From Betaproteobacteria bacterium (GTDB lineage Bacteria > Pseudomonadota > Gammaproteobacteria > Burkholderiales > Burkholderiaceae_C): 45,320 nucleotides of DNA. A program made the translations under genes and the position numbers. Positions within the stretch are counted from its first letter, which is position 1. Every line of letters begins with the position of its first letter. Shown here one piece after another: positions 18,362 through 27,981 of the stretch. The notes under the pieces are model-generated. The model made no database searches. It was not told the origin of the DNA and saw nothing but the letters and a program-made list of their open reading frames with translations. The stretch is from the NCBI GenBank assembly GCA_031368125.1, contig JANLQZ010000804.1, positions 1-45,320 of the forward strand. Direction: 5' to 3'.

Positions 18362-18448
18362 GTACGCTCCGGAAAGATTCAGTATGGAACAGCCGCGCAA
18401 GCCTTGCCGCCAAAGGCAATGAAGTGGATGTGCACAACGGTCATGTAA

Positions 18449-18466
18449 TAAGCTAGATTATTATAT
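18449..18466. promoter_or_regulatory. Four-unit TA lattice in the SDR/TetR divergent promoter
   Basis: TAAgcTAGatTATtaTAT; TA at 18449, 18454, 18459 and 18464. Confidence 0.4.
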
Positions 18467-18584
18467 AGAAGCGGCGGAGTTATCCCAACGAACGTGTCCA
18501 TCAGGGATAGGGCTCCTCTTGCCACCAGCGACCGGACCCGCACACGATAATGCAAGTCCCGACGCACCACGATCCCACTGCCCC

Positions 18585-19355
18585 ATGCCGCCCCCGCGCA
18601 CCCGTCCCACCACCCGCAGACTGCCACGCGACGAACGCATCTCCAAGATCATGTCGGTCACCCGCGCCATGCTCGCGGAAAAGGGGCACAACAACCTCGT
18701 CACGACCGAGGTGGCCGAGCGTTGCGGCATTTCGGAAGCCACCATCTACAAGTACTTCGACAGCAAACGCGACCTGCTGATCAAGGTGGCTGAGCAGTGG
18801 TTCGACGAGATGCTGCGCGAAGACCACCGCAGTGTGAGCGGCCGGGGCACGCTGGAGGCATTGCGCCAGCTGGTCTGGCGCAATCTCTCGATGGTGCGGC
18901 GCGAGCCCGCGCTGACGCGTTTTGTGCTGCTCGACCTGCGCCCCGATCCGGCCTACCGGTCGATGTCGATCTTCGAATTGAACCGGCGCTTCACGGCCCA
19001 GGTGGCGGAGGTGCTGCGCGAGGCTGTGCAGACCGGCGAGTTGCGCGATGACGTGCCGATCAACCTGCTGCGCGACATGATCTTCGGCTGCATCGAGCAC
19101 CAGACCTGGGCCTACCTGCGCGGCGAAGGCGACTTTTCGGTCGACGATGTGACGGACGGCATAGCGACCGTCATTTTCCGGGGCATGCGGGCGGAAGCGG
19201 CCACACCCAAGGCCGGTGCAGAACAGGATCTGGGTGAGGTCGTGCGCCGGCTCGAACGCGTGGCTTCGCGCCTCGAACAAGGACCAACCGGCACGGCGCA
19301 GCCGGGGAAGCTGCGACGCGCAGCCACCACGGCGAGCGCCGCCGAAAAGGCATAG
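18585..19355 (+). CDS. TetR/AcrR family transcriptional regulator
   Basis: HTH ...EKG......TEVAERCGISEATIYKYFDSKRDLL. Start uncertain. Confidence 0.92.
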   Translation: MPPPRTRPTTRRLPRDERISKIMSVTRAMLAEKGHNNLVTTEVAERCGISEATIYKYFDSKRDLLIKVAEQWFDEMLREDHRSVSGRGTLEALRQLVWRNLSMVRREPALTRFVLLDLRPDPAYRSMSIFELNRRFTAQVAEVLREAVQTGELRDDVPINLLRDMIFGCIEHQTWAYLRGEGDFSVDDVTDGIATVIFRGMRAEAATPKAGAEQDLGEVVRRLERVASRLEQGPTGTAQPGKLRRAATTASAAEKA

Positions 19356-19359
19356 TCAG

Positions 19360-21546
19360 TCAACCGAGCGCGGGCTTGACGGCAATCGGCAATGCGCTCA
19401 TGCGCGGGATGCCGCTGATCGGATCGCGTTCATCCATGCCCACCAGCCGGGTCACCGAGCCCAGCGGCAGTTGGTCACCCGGCCCGGCGTGTGTCGCCGA
19501 ACCGCCGAACCCGTGGACCACGGAAACCAGGCCGGTCCGCAGGCTGTCGTCGGCTTCGACGCGCGCCAGCATCGTGCCATGGCGCGAACGCACCTCGATC
19601 AAGGCGCCGGCTGGGATCCCCGACGCGGCGAGGTCCTGCGGATGCATGAATGCCGGTGTATGGGTGCGCCCCCGGTCGAGTTCATCCATGCCGGCGCCGA
19701 CCGAGTTCATGAAGTTGTTGGCGCGCCGGCATACCAGCGTGAACGGAAACGCCGGGTCGGCCGCCCATTGCGCACTGGCCGGATACAGGGCGCGCAGTTG
19801 CTGCAGCATCGTCGCGTCGCCCAAATGCAGCATGGCGCTGCATCCCGGTTCGCGCGGCAGCACCCGGACGTCCAGGTCATAGACCTTGCCGTGGGCATGG
19901 GACTTCACCACGTCCAGCGGAACCCGCGCGTCGCTGCACGCCAGGCCGATCATTTCCTCGGTGGTCGGCACATGCGCCATGTCGAGCGGGATGGTTTGCG
20001 ACGGCCCTTCAAGATTGGGCCCCTGGCCACGCTGGTTGATCCAGTCCAGTTGCAGCCCCATGCGCTGGGCCAGGCCAAAGAAGAAGGCCCCATCGTCGAC
20101 CAGGTCGGAACCCTCCGGCACACGCGCGATGGCCGGCGTGTATTGCGCCCAGGGCATGGCGTACCCGCGCGACACGCCGTAGTACTTGAGGGATTCGACC
20201 ATCTGCGTCGTGCCCGGCAATTCGAGCGACAGTGGCGGCGGAACCACATAGTGGGCAAACTGCGCGGTGGCGGTCATCCGGTAGTCCAGCACCACCAGCA
20301 ATTCCAGCTTGCGCAGCGCCGCCTCGGTTTTTTCCTGGTCCGGCCAGGCCAGCACCGGGTTGCCGCCCAGGCACAACAGCACCTTGATCTGCCCGTCACC
20401 GTCCAGCAGGATTTCATCGGCCAGGGCCGCGGTGGGCACGCCGCTCGCGTTTTCCATCAGTCCATGCACCCGCATCGGCCGGTCGCTGATGACCGGGTAC
20501 GGCGCATAGGGCTGGGCCCGTGGTTGAAACGCGGGCAACAGAACATTGGGATGGGGTGCCTTGTCACCCTCGCGCGCCCAGCGGCCACACAAGGTGTTCA
20601 GACACAGTGCCAGGTAGTAACTCAGATTGCTGTGGGTGGAAAAGCTCGGCCCGGTGGAACACACGACACCACCCCTCTTGCCACTGCCGAAAATACGCGC
20701 CGCGGCCAGCAATCGGTCCACCGGGACATCCGCAACACCTGCGACGAACTCGGGGGTGTACGACGCCACCCCATCCCGCAACGCGTCGAGGCCAACGGCA
20801 TTCGCGGCCACGAAATCGGCATCCAGCAGGCCTTCAGCGAGGATGGTATGGATCAGCCCGGCCAGCAGCACCGCGTCCGTGCCCGGGCGCAACTGCAGAT
20901 GCACCGCCGCGCGCTTGGCGGTCTCGGTACGGCGTGGATCGATCACGACCATCTTCATGCCGCGTTGCTGCGCCTCCTTCAATCGCGTGCCAGGGTTGTT
21001 GAGCGGGCCACCGTTGGATTTGGCGATGACAGGATTGGCACCCACCACGATCCAGGTGTCGGACGTCTCGAAGGTCTGCAATCCGGCATGCCAGTTGCCG
21101 TGCAAGGCCACCGAGGTGTATTCGGCCGGCTTGTCGATGCTGGCGGCGGAAAAATTCATGCGCGAACCGATAGCCCGCAGCCACGCGCCCATGATGGGCG
21201 CGCTACTGGGGTGCGACACCTGCCCGCTGCCACGGTACATGGCGACTGCACGCGGCCCATGCCGGGCGAGCACCTGTTGCACTTTCGCAGCCACCTGGTC
21301 CATGGCCAGGCTGGAATCGATCGTGGTGAAGCGCCCGTCCGCCTGGCGTTGCAGGCAGTGTCTCAGGCGCGCCGGGTCATTGTGCTGCGCCGGCAGCGCG
21401 CGCCCCTTGGGGCAGCTATAGCCGTCGAATGCCGGTGCCTGTGGGTCGCCGGTAACCTTGACCGCACGTCCATCCTCGACCGTGACGAGGATCGGGCAGT
21501 AGGCCAGGCAGTTGCGACAGATTCCGGGGACGACTTTGGTTTCCAT
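19360..21546 (-). CDS. Molybdopterin (bis-MGD) oxidoreductase, DMSO reductase superfamily, no Tat signal
   Basis: N-terminal CRNCLAYC...CPKG [4Fe-4S] motif, GANP, VIDPRRTETA, RPGTD, GGNP, T.TAQFA.YV.P, and C-terminal MHPQD dinucleotide-binding domain. Confidence 0.9.
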   Translation of the reverse strand: METKVVPGICRNCLAYCPILVTVEDGRAVKVTGDPQAPAFDGYSCPKGRALPAQHNDPARLRHCLQRQADGRFTTIDSSLAMDQVAAKVQQVLARHGPRAVAMYRGSGQVSHPSSAPIMGAWLRAIGSRMNFSAASIDKPAEYTSVALHGNWHAGLQTFETSDTWIVVGANPVIAKSNGGPLNNPGTRLKEAQQRGMKMVVIDPRRTETAKRAAVHLQLRPGTDAVLLAGLIHTILAEGLLDADFVAANAVGLDALRDGVASYTPEFVAGVADVPVDRLLAAARIFGSGKRGGVVCSTGPSFSTHSNLSYYLALCLNTLCGRWAREGDKAPHPNVLLPAFQPRAQPYAPYPVISDRPMRVHGLMENASGVPTAALADEILLDGDGQIKVLLCLGGNPVLAWPDQEKTEAALRKLELLVVLDYRMTATAQFAHYVVPPPLSLELPGTTQMVESLKYYGVSRGYAMPWAQYTPAIARVPEGSDLVDDGAFFFGLAQRMGLQLDWINQRGQGPNLEGPSQTIPLDMAHVPTTEEMIGLACSDARVPLDVVKSHAHGKVYDLDVRVLPREPGCSAMLHLGDATMLQQLRALYPASAQWAADPAFPFTLVCRRANNFMNSVGAGMDELDRGRTHTPAFMHPQDLAASGIPAGALIEVRSRHGTMLARVEADDSLRTGLVSVVHGFGGSATHAGPGDQLPLGSVTRLVGMDERDPISGIPRMSALPIAVKPALG

Positions 21547-21571
21547 GTGCTTTCCTCACTTCGCTTTGGTT

Positions 21572-22348
21572 TCAAGTTTCAGCGCCGGGCCGGCGCAGCC
21601 GTTGCAATCGCGCATCGATCAGTGACCGGTCAACCGGTGTGTTGTTGGCCATCGAGGCTTTGCGCTCGAGAAGCAGCGCCTGATCCAGGCTTGTCGCGGC
21701 TTCATCGTCCAGCAGCCGTTTGTAGGCGACCAGGGTCGCAGGCACACCGAGCAGCATCTGCCGCGCCATGTCCTTGGCCCCGGGCATCAGTTCTTCCGGA
21801 GCGAACACCTGGTTCACGAGACCCCAGGAGGCCGCCTCGGCCGCACTGAAGAAACGCCCGGTCAATGCTAGCTCCTTGGCGCGATGCAGGCCCACCCGGC
21901 GTGCCATGCGCACCGAGCCGCCCCACCCCGGCAACAGACCCACGCGCACATGGGTATCGGCGAACCGGGCCGTGCTTGACGCCAGGAGGACGTCGCAGGC
22001 CAGGGCGATTTCGAGCCCCCCGGTGATCGCCAGTCCGTTGATCGCACCGATCACCGGACCGGTGAAGCGCGACAGCGCCTGCACTGCATCCCACTCGTAG
22101 GCGGCGGCCGACACCACACCCGGGCCGGACCATTCGTCCAGATCGAGGCCGGCTGTGAACGCCCGCCCGGCACCGGACAGGATCAGCACCCTTGTGAGCG
22201 GGTCGGCCTCCAGCATGTCGATCGCGGCGGCCAGTTCCTGGCGCAGGCGGATCGACAGCGTGTTGAGTTTCTCGGGGCGATTGAACACCAGCGTCGCAAA
22301 ACCTTCCGCGTTTTGCTCGACCAGGATGGTTTCAAACGCGGGCGTCAT
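21572..22348 (-). CDS. Enoyl-CoA hydratase/isomerase family protein
   Basis: NRPEKLN, AFTAGLDL, GAING.AITGGLEIALACD and FADTHVRVGLLPGWG. Confidence 0.88.
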   Translation of the reverse strand: MTPAFETILVEQNAEGFATLVFNRPEKLNTLSIRLRQELAAAIDMLEADPLTRVLILSGAGRAFTAGLDLDEWSGPGVVSAAAYEWDAVQALSRFTGPVIGAINGLAITGGLEIALACDVLLASSTARFADTHVRVGLLPGWGGSVRMARRVGLHRAKELALTGRFFSAAEAASWGLVNQVFAPEELMPGAKDMARQMLLGVPATLVAYKRLLDDEAATSLDQALLLERKASMANNTPVDRSLIDARLQRLRRPGAET

Positions 22349-22418
22349 GGATGTGCTCCAGATGGGTCGACGTACAAGACGGATTACGCACAATGCGTGT
22401 GCCCTGGGTGCCGGAGTT

Positions 22419-23219
22419 TCATTGCGGATCGGGTCGCTTGCGCGCGGTCAGCGCCACGGCGGCGCGGGCCAGATCACCCGTACCACGCACCATGATCTGG
22501 GTGCGATTTTCGAGTTCGATGGCAGCCTGCAGGCTGGTGGCCTCGACATTGGCCCAGGCCCCGCGTTTGGTCATCCACACGCCCAGGGCCGAACAGCCGG
22601 CAATGGCACGGGCGGTGGCCATGGCGCAATCCAGGAGCCCTTCGTCCGACGGCGCCAGTAACGACACCAGCCCGATCCGCTCGGCCTCGAGCGCACCCAC
22701 CATGCGGCCCGTCAGCATGATCTCGAAGGCCCGGCTCATGCCGACGCACCGGGGCAGCAACCAGCTCACGCCGATGTCGCAACTGCTCATGCCCACTTTC
22801 ACGAAGGCCGCGTTGAAGACGGCAGAAGGCGCCGCGATGCGGATATCGCAGGCCAGAGCAAGCCCCATGCCGGCGCCATTGGCGGGCCCATTGACCGCGG
22901 CGATGACCGGTGCACGCAAGGCGCGCAGGCGCGTGACGATGCCGGCAAAGGCTTCCTGGCGCGCGGCCCAGGCTCCAACTTCGCCGAGTTCAAGTGTCAG
23001 GGGCGCCTGGTCGGCCAGGGTCAGGTCGAAGCCCGCGCAAAACCCGCGTCCTTCACCGGTCAGGATCAGCACGCGCAAGCTCGCGTCGTTGGCGAGCCGC
23101 TCCAGGATTCGCGTGAATTCGGCAACCGCGTCGTCGGTCAGTGCGTTCAAGCGCGCCGGCCGGTTCATCCGCAGCACGGCGATTCCCTGCTCGAAGGTTT
23201 CCAGCGTCAGGTCAGCCAT
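22419..23219 (-). CDS. Enoyl-CoA hydratase/isomerase family protein
   Basis: NRPARLNA, FCAGFDL, AAVNGPANGAGMGLALACD and AAFVKVGMSSCDIG. Confidence 0.88.
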   Translation of the reverse strand: MADLTLETFEQGIAVLRMNRPARLNALTDDAVAEFTRILERLANDASLRVLILTGEGRGFCAGFDLTLADQAPLTLELGEVGAWAARQEAFAGIVTRLRALRAPVIAAVNGPANGAGMGLALACDIRIAAPSAVFNAAFVKVGMSSCDIGVSWLLPRCVGMSRAFEIMLTGRMVGALEAERIGLVSLLAPSDEGLLDCAMATARAIAGCSALGVWMTKRGAWANVEATSLQAAIELENRTQIMVRGTGDLARAAVALTARKRPDPQ

Positions 23220-24273
23220 GGCTCTGGTCCGTGATCAGGCCCAGGCCCCTGGCCGCGTACGCCTGCGAGAACCTGCGCCCCACGCGCGCCGCATCGGGCA
23301 GGATTCCATTGCCGGCCTCGCCCCGGCTGGCGACGCCCGCACTGCCCACCGCAGCACGGAACATGGCAAAAACCTTGTGGAAGCTGGTCATGCGTTCGCG
23401 CGCGCCCGCCAGCGCGTAGTACCGTTCAAGATAAGTCTCTTCCTGCGGAATCCCCAGTTCTTCCAGCGACAGGCCCAACACGCCGCCATTCTCGTCCGGG
23501 GCCATGCACCAGGCCTGGCAGTTGAATGCGACATCGACCAGGGGATGCCCCAGCGTCGACAGCTCCCAGTCGAGCACACCGATGACTCGCGGTTCGGTGG
23601 CATGGAACATCAGGTTGCCAATACGAAAATCGCCATGGCACAAGGTTAGCAGTTCGCTCTGCGGCACGCGCTCCCTGAGCCAGGCCACGATGCGGTCGAG
23701 CGAAGGGTTGTCGTCATCGCCCCGGCGAAACACTGCCCACTGCTCTGACCAGCGCTTGAGTTGCCGCGCGAAGTAGTTGCCCGGGCGCCCGTAGTCGGAC
23801 AGACCCAGCGCGTGGTAGTCCAGGCGGTGCACGGCCGCCATGGTGACCGCCATCGAATCGAACAAGGCCGCGCGCTCACCGCTCTGAAGGCCCGGTGTTG
23901 CGCAGGCGTGAAACACCCGCCCATGCAGCTGCTCCATCAGGTAGAACGGTGTCCCGAGCACCTCGCGGTCAGTGCAGTAATGCAGCGCGCGCGGCACCGG
24001 CACATCGGTGCCCTGCAGCTTTGTCAAGACCCGGAACTCGCGGTCGATGGCATGCGCGGACGGCAACACCACCCCGTTCGGCTGCTTGCGCAGCACCGCC
24101 TGCCAGGAGCCCCGGCGGACGAAATAGGTGGGGTTGGACATGCCGCCTTCGGTGCGCCGCAGGTGCAGCGGCCCATCGGCCGGGCCGTACAGCGTGCGCA
24201 GGTAGTCTTCGAGCCGCGCGGGATCGAAATCCAGCACGTGCTCGCCCCCCACGGCACCGGCCTGCGCAGTCAT
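23212..24273 (-). CDS. APH-fold phosphotransferase (ACAD10/11 N-terminal kinase-like)
   Basis: GGMSNPTY, VLRKQP, SAHAIDREF, GTPFYLME, HGDFRIGN and LDWELSTLG. ATG overlaps the ACAD stop. Confidence 0.9.
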   Translation of the reverse strand: MTAQAGAVGGEHVLDFDPARLEDYLRTLYGPADGPLHLRRTEGGMSNPTYFVRRGSWQAVLRKQPNGVVLPSAHAIDREFRVLTKLQGTDVPVPRALHYCTDREVLGTPFYLMEQLHGRVFHACATPGLQSGERAALFDSMAVTMAAVHRLDYHALGLSDYGRPGNYFARQLKRWSEQWAVFRRGDDDNPSLDRIVAWLRERVPQSELLTLCHGDFRIGNLMFHATEPRVIGVLDWELSTLGHPLVDVAFNCQAWCMAPDENGGVLGLSLEELGIPQEETYLERYYALAGARERMTSFHKVFAMFRAAVGSAGVASRGEAGNGILPDAARVGRRFSQAYAARGLGLITDQSHG

Positions 24274-25529
24274 GCGTGTGCGCCGGAGGGCGCCTTCTTG
24301 CCGCCGAAGCCAAACAGGTACTGGGCCACGCGGCGCATCTGGACTTCTTCCGAGCCTTCGGTGATCCGGTAACGGCGGTGGTGGCGGTAGATGTGTTCGA
24401 AGGGCAGCGCCCGGCTGTAGCCCATGCCGCCATGGACCTGCATGGCGCGGTCGGCGGCCTCGCAGCACAAGCGGTTTGCGCGGAAGTTGCAGATCGACAC
24501 CATGTCGCTGATCTCGAGCGCGTCCTGACGGTCCATCTGCCAGGCGGTCTTGAAGATGAAGTTACGCACCATCTCGCATTCCGCATACAACTCGACCAGC
24601 GGAAACTGGATCGCCTGTTTCTTCGACAGGGGTTCGCCAAAAGCGATTCGGGAACGGGCGTACTTGGCAGCTTCGGCAATGCAGTAACGCGCCGCGCCGG
24701 CGCTGGCGGCTGCCTGGCGAATCCGGTTCTCATGCACGAAACGCTGCGCCACCATCAGGCCCTGCCCCTCCTTGTAGAGGATGGCACTGTCGGGCACGCG
24801 CACATCCTTCAGTTCGACTTCGGCATGGTCGCTGGGCATGTTGAAGGTCCAGTGGTTGTACAGCACGTTGTGGCCCGGCGTATCGGTGGGAACGATGAAG
24901 GCGGTGATGCCGTCGGCGTCGCCGGACTCGCCGGAGGTGCGCGCAAAGACGAGATTGCCATGGGCGCGCCCGACCTGGCTGTTCCAGCGTTTCATGCCGT
25001 TGATCACCCAGTGGTCCCCGTCGCGCCGGGCGGTGGTGTCCATCCAGGTGGCGTCGCTGCCGTGCGCCGGTTCGGTGAGCGCGAATGCCAGGTGCATGTC
25101 GCCGGTGATGATGCCTTCGATGTACTTCTTCTGGTCCGGCGTGCCGTAGGCCTCGATCACCGGCACGATCGGGAAGTTGCCGACGATGGACGATTCGTCC
25201 TGCAGGTCGTTGTGCAGGCCCAGGCCCTTTGCCGCGAGGTGCTCGCGGATGGCAGCGATGGCCAGGTTGGAGCCCGCGGATCCGCCACAACTCACCGGCA
25301 AGCCGTAACGCAGGTGGCCGGCGCGGTCGGCGCGGCGTTCCATCTCGGTGATCAGGGCACGCCAGCTTTCACGGGGGCGTCCGTCGTTGTCCCAGTCGGT
25401 GCGTGCGTGCTCGCGCCGGTGGTCGAAATACTGCATGTTGTCGCGTTCCAGCGGCTTGATCTCGGCGTCAATGAACGCGTCGAGTTCGGCCAGCTTGGCC
25501 GTGATTTCCGGCGGCAGATGAAAGTCCAT
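24270..25529 (-). CDS. Acyl-CoA dehydrogenase
   Basis: FALTEP.HGSD, NGMKRW, R.AFGEPL..KQAIQF, QVHGGMGYS and RITEGSEEVQ. RBS AAGGAG before MDFHLP. Confidence 0.92.
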   Translation of the reverse strand: MDFHLPPEITAKLAELDAFIDAEIKPLERDNMQYFDHRREHARTDWDNDGRPRESWRALITEMERRADRAGHLRYGLPVSCGGSAGSNLAIAAIREHLAAKGLGLHNDLQDESSIVGNFPIVPVIEAYGTPDQKKYIEGIITGDMHLAFALTEPAHGSDATWMDTTARRDGDHWVINGMKRWNSQVGRAHGNLVFARTSGESGDADGITAFIVPTDTPGHNVLYNHWTFNMPSDHAEVELKDVRVPDSAILYKEGQGLMVAQRFVHENRIRQAAASAGAARYCIAEAAKYARSRIAFGEPLSKKQAIQFPLVELYAECEMVRNFIFKTAWQMDRQDALEISDMVSICNFRANRLCCEAADRAMQVHGGMGYSRALPFEHIYRHHRRYRITEGSEEVQMRRVAQYLFGFGGKKAPSGAHA

Positions 25530-25591
25530 CGCGTTATCTCCTTCGTGGGGTTGGACCAAGAAATCGGCCCGGCAATTTGATATGGTTTAAA

Positions 25592-25619
25592 TATCGTACA
25601 CCAGTATATTATTGCCTAT
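25592..25619. promoter_or_regulatory. Partial TA lattice in an AT-rich divergent promoter
   Basis: TA at 25592, 25597, 25607 and 25617 in 5-bp phase. Confidence 0.35.
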
Positions 25620-25693
25620 ATCATCATCTGGGCAAATACCGGTTTTGCCTTTTTCATCGCACCCGCCAACCACGCCGGGGAGGCAGTGACTCC

Positions 25694-26821
25694 ATGGACA
25701 ACGACACCCCATCCGCCCGACCACAGCCGACGCCCAAAAGTCTATGGATCGAGGGATGGGAGCCGACTCCGGGTCGGCTGGCACGCGCTCGCATGGGCGA
25801 CGCGGACGCGATCGAAGGCTTGGAAACCTGGGACCACGCCGCGCTGTTGCCGGGCGACACGGTCCTCGCTTGCATCGGCGCTGCCGCCCGGCGCGATCCG
25901 GCCAAAGCCGCGATGGTCTATCTCTCCAGCGCGGACCTGCGCGATCCGCCGCGCGTCGTGCGATATGACGAATCGCATGATGCGGTGCTGCGCGCCGCAT
26001 CGGTCTTTGCTTGCGCCGCGGGCAAACAGCGCTCGGTGGTGGGGGTGATCCTGCCCATGTTGCCCGAGTCCCTGATCGCGGTATGGGGTGCGTAAACCGC
26101 CGGCATCGCCTTGCCGATCAACCCGCACCTGGAAGCGGGCCTGGTGATCGCGATCCTGCGGCGAGTCGAAGCAACCGTGCTCGTCACCACGGGAGACTTG
26201 TACGGGCCGGGCACCCGCGACCGCATCGAGGCCGTTCGCGCGGCCGTTCCCAGCCTGCGGCGCGTGTACCTGGTCGGAGGCGCAGGGCAACATGACGATT
26301 TCTCACAAGCGCTGTGCGCCGTCGTGCCCGGCAGCATGTCCCTGCCTGCCAATGCCGCGCAGGACGAGGCGATGTTCATGCCGACCGGCGGCACGACCGG
26401 TGCCCCGAAGATCGTCCGCATGACCCACCGGGGCCAGTTGCCGATCGCCTATGTCGAACTCAAGCCAGGCGCATCGGTCACGCCGCAGGAGTTGCTTGCT
26501 TTCGCCACCGTACAGACCCAGGAACGGGCGTCGATCCCGGCAGAGATCATCATCCTGCCGACCATGCCGCTGACGGCCGTAGGGAAGATATCCAAACCAG
26601 TATTACGGGTCGATGCGACCGCAAGGGTGGCGCAGGCAGTAACCGCGCAGGTGCTCGGGGCGGGCCATGCATTCGAGCTACGGGTCGACGACACCGCCAA
26701 GCGCCTCACGGTGGTTTTGACCATCGCCGTCCCGGCCGCCGACTTCGCCGCCGCCAGCCAGCGCCTGCGCGCAGAGTTCGAAAATTTCGAATTCAAGACA
26801 GAAATTGTGCGCGCGCCCTGA
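25694..26821 (+). pseudogene. Acyl-CoA synthetase pseudogene (nonsense codon plus large internal deletion)
   Basis: In-frame TAA at 26093-26095 (WGA*TAGIALPINPHLE). TGGTTGAPK is followed almost immediately by C-terminal LPIAYVELK...LTAVGKI, with the central motifs missing. Confidence 0.85.
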
Positions 26822-26825
26822 ACCG

Positions 26826-26850
26826 CCCGTCTGCCACTCGCGCAGGCGGG
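26826..26850. terminator. Hairpin between convergent genes
   Basis: CCCGTCTGC-N7-GCAGGCGGG, a 9-bp stem with one G-U pair; no U-tract. Confidence 0.35.
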
Positions 26851-27939
26851 TCAGAAATCGATCACCACGCGCCGCGCTGCGCCAGAGGCGAGCAGATCGA
26901 AGCCCTCGCCAATCTGCTCCAGACGGATGCGGTGCGAGATCAGGTTATCGAGGTGCAAGCGGCCGTCGAGGTACATATCGACGAGTTGGGGCAGTTCGGT
27001 CCGCGTCTTGACGTTCCCCAGATAGGAACCCATCAGGCGTCGCCCTTCCTGGATTGAGCGCGGTCGCAAAGCCAATTCCTGCGCGCCCGGCAACACACCT
27101 AGCATGACCGTGGTGCCCCAGCCGATGCGTGTGCACTCGACCGCCTGGCGCAGGATGTCGGCCTGCCCTACGCATTCGAACGCGTAGTCCGCGCCGCCAT
27201 CGGTCAGTTCACGAATCGAGCCAAGAATGTCGATGCCCGGTATCGATGCGTCCAGGAAATGCGTCACCCCCGCAACGCGTGCGAAGGGCTCCTTGGCGGG
27301 ATTCGAATCCACGCCGATGACCATGCTGGCACCGGCAATGCGGGCACCTTCCACGACATTGAGGCCGATACCACCCAGCCCGAAGACCACTGCCGATGTG
27401 CCGGACTCCATGCGGGCCGTGAACAGGACCGCACCGAGGCCGGTGGCGCCGGCACACCCCAGGCAGCACACGATATCCATCGGTGCCAACGGGGAGATCT
27501 TCGTGACCTGGATATCGCGCGCCACGATGCGCTGCGAAAACGTGCCCAGCTCGCAAAAGGCACGCGTCGGCTTGCCGTGCAACCGGAATGGGCGGCGGCT
27601 GGTTGGCTTGAAATATTGGTCGCACAGGTTGGTCTTGCGACTACGGCACGCCGGGCAATCGCCGCACTCGGGAATGCCCACCGGAATGACGTGGTCCCCA
27701 GGTTGCACATGGGTGACCCCGGGGCCGCATTCGAGCACCACGCCCGCACCTTCATGGCCCAGCACCAGGGGGTAGTCGGACCAGTCCCGCGAGCCGTCGA
27801 AGAACGACATGTCGGAACGGCACAGGCCGGCCGCCTTCATCTCGATGAGCACCTCGCGCTCGCGCACGCCGTCGAGCTGGAACGTGTCGATGGCAATTGG
27901 CGTGTTTTGCGCGCGCGCGAACGCGGCCAGTACATCCAT
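26851..27939 (-). CDS. Zn-dependent alcohol dehydrogenase (MDR, class III-related)
   Basis: GLCRSD, GHEGAG, structural Zn CGDCPAC..KTNLC, LGCAGATG, FGLGGIG and GGADYAFECVG. Confidence 0.9.
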   Translation of the reverse strand: MDVLAAFARAQNTPIAIDTFQLDGVREREVLIEMKAAGLCRSDMSFFDGSRDWSDYPLVLGHEGAGVVLECGPGVTHVQPGDHVIPVGIPECGDCPACRSRKTNLCDQYFKPTSRRPFRLHGKPTRAFCELGTFSQRIVARDIQVTKISPLAPMDIVCCLGCAGATGLGAVLFTARMESGTSAVVFGLGGIGLNVVEGARIAGASMVIGVDSNPAKEPFARVAGVTHFLDASIPGIDILGSIRELTDGGADYAFECVGQADILRQAVECTRIGWGTTVMLGVLPGAQELALRPRSIQEGRRLMGSYLGNVKTRTELPQLVDMYLDGRLHLDNLISHRIRLEQIGEGFDLLASGAARRVVIDF

Positions 27940-27981
27940 GTTGTTCTCCGTCTTGCCCGACAGCGCGGCGAGGCGCCGCCG

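Noticed and set aside
25577-25590. FNR box TTGATatggTTTAA
   Set aside because: Two mismatches in the right half-site within AT-rich DNA; not convincing.
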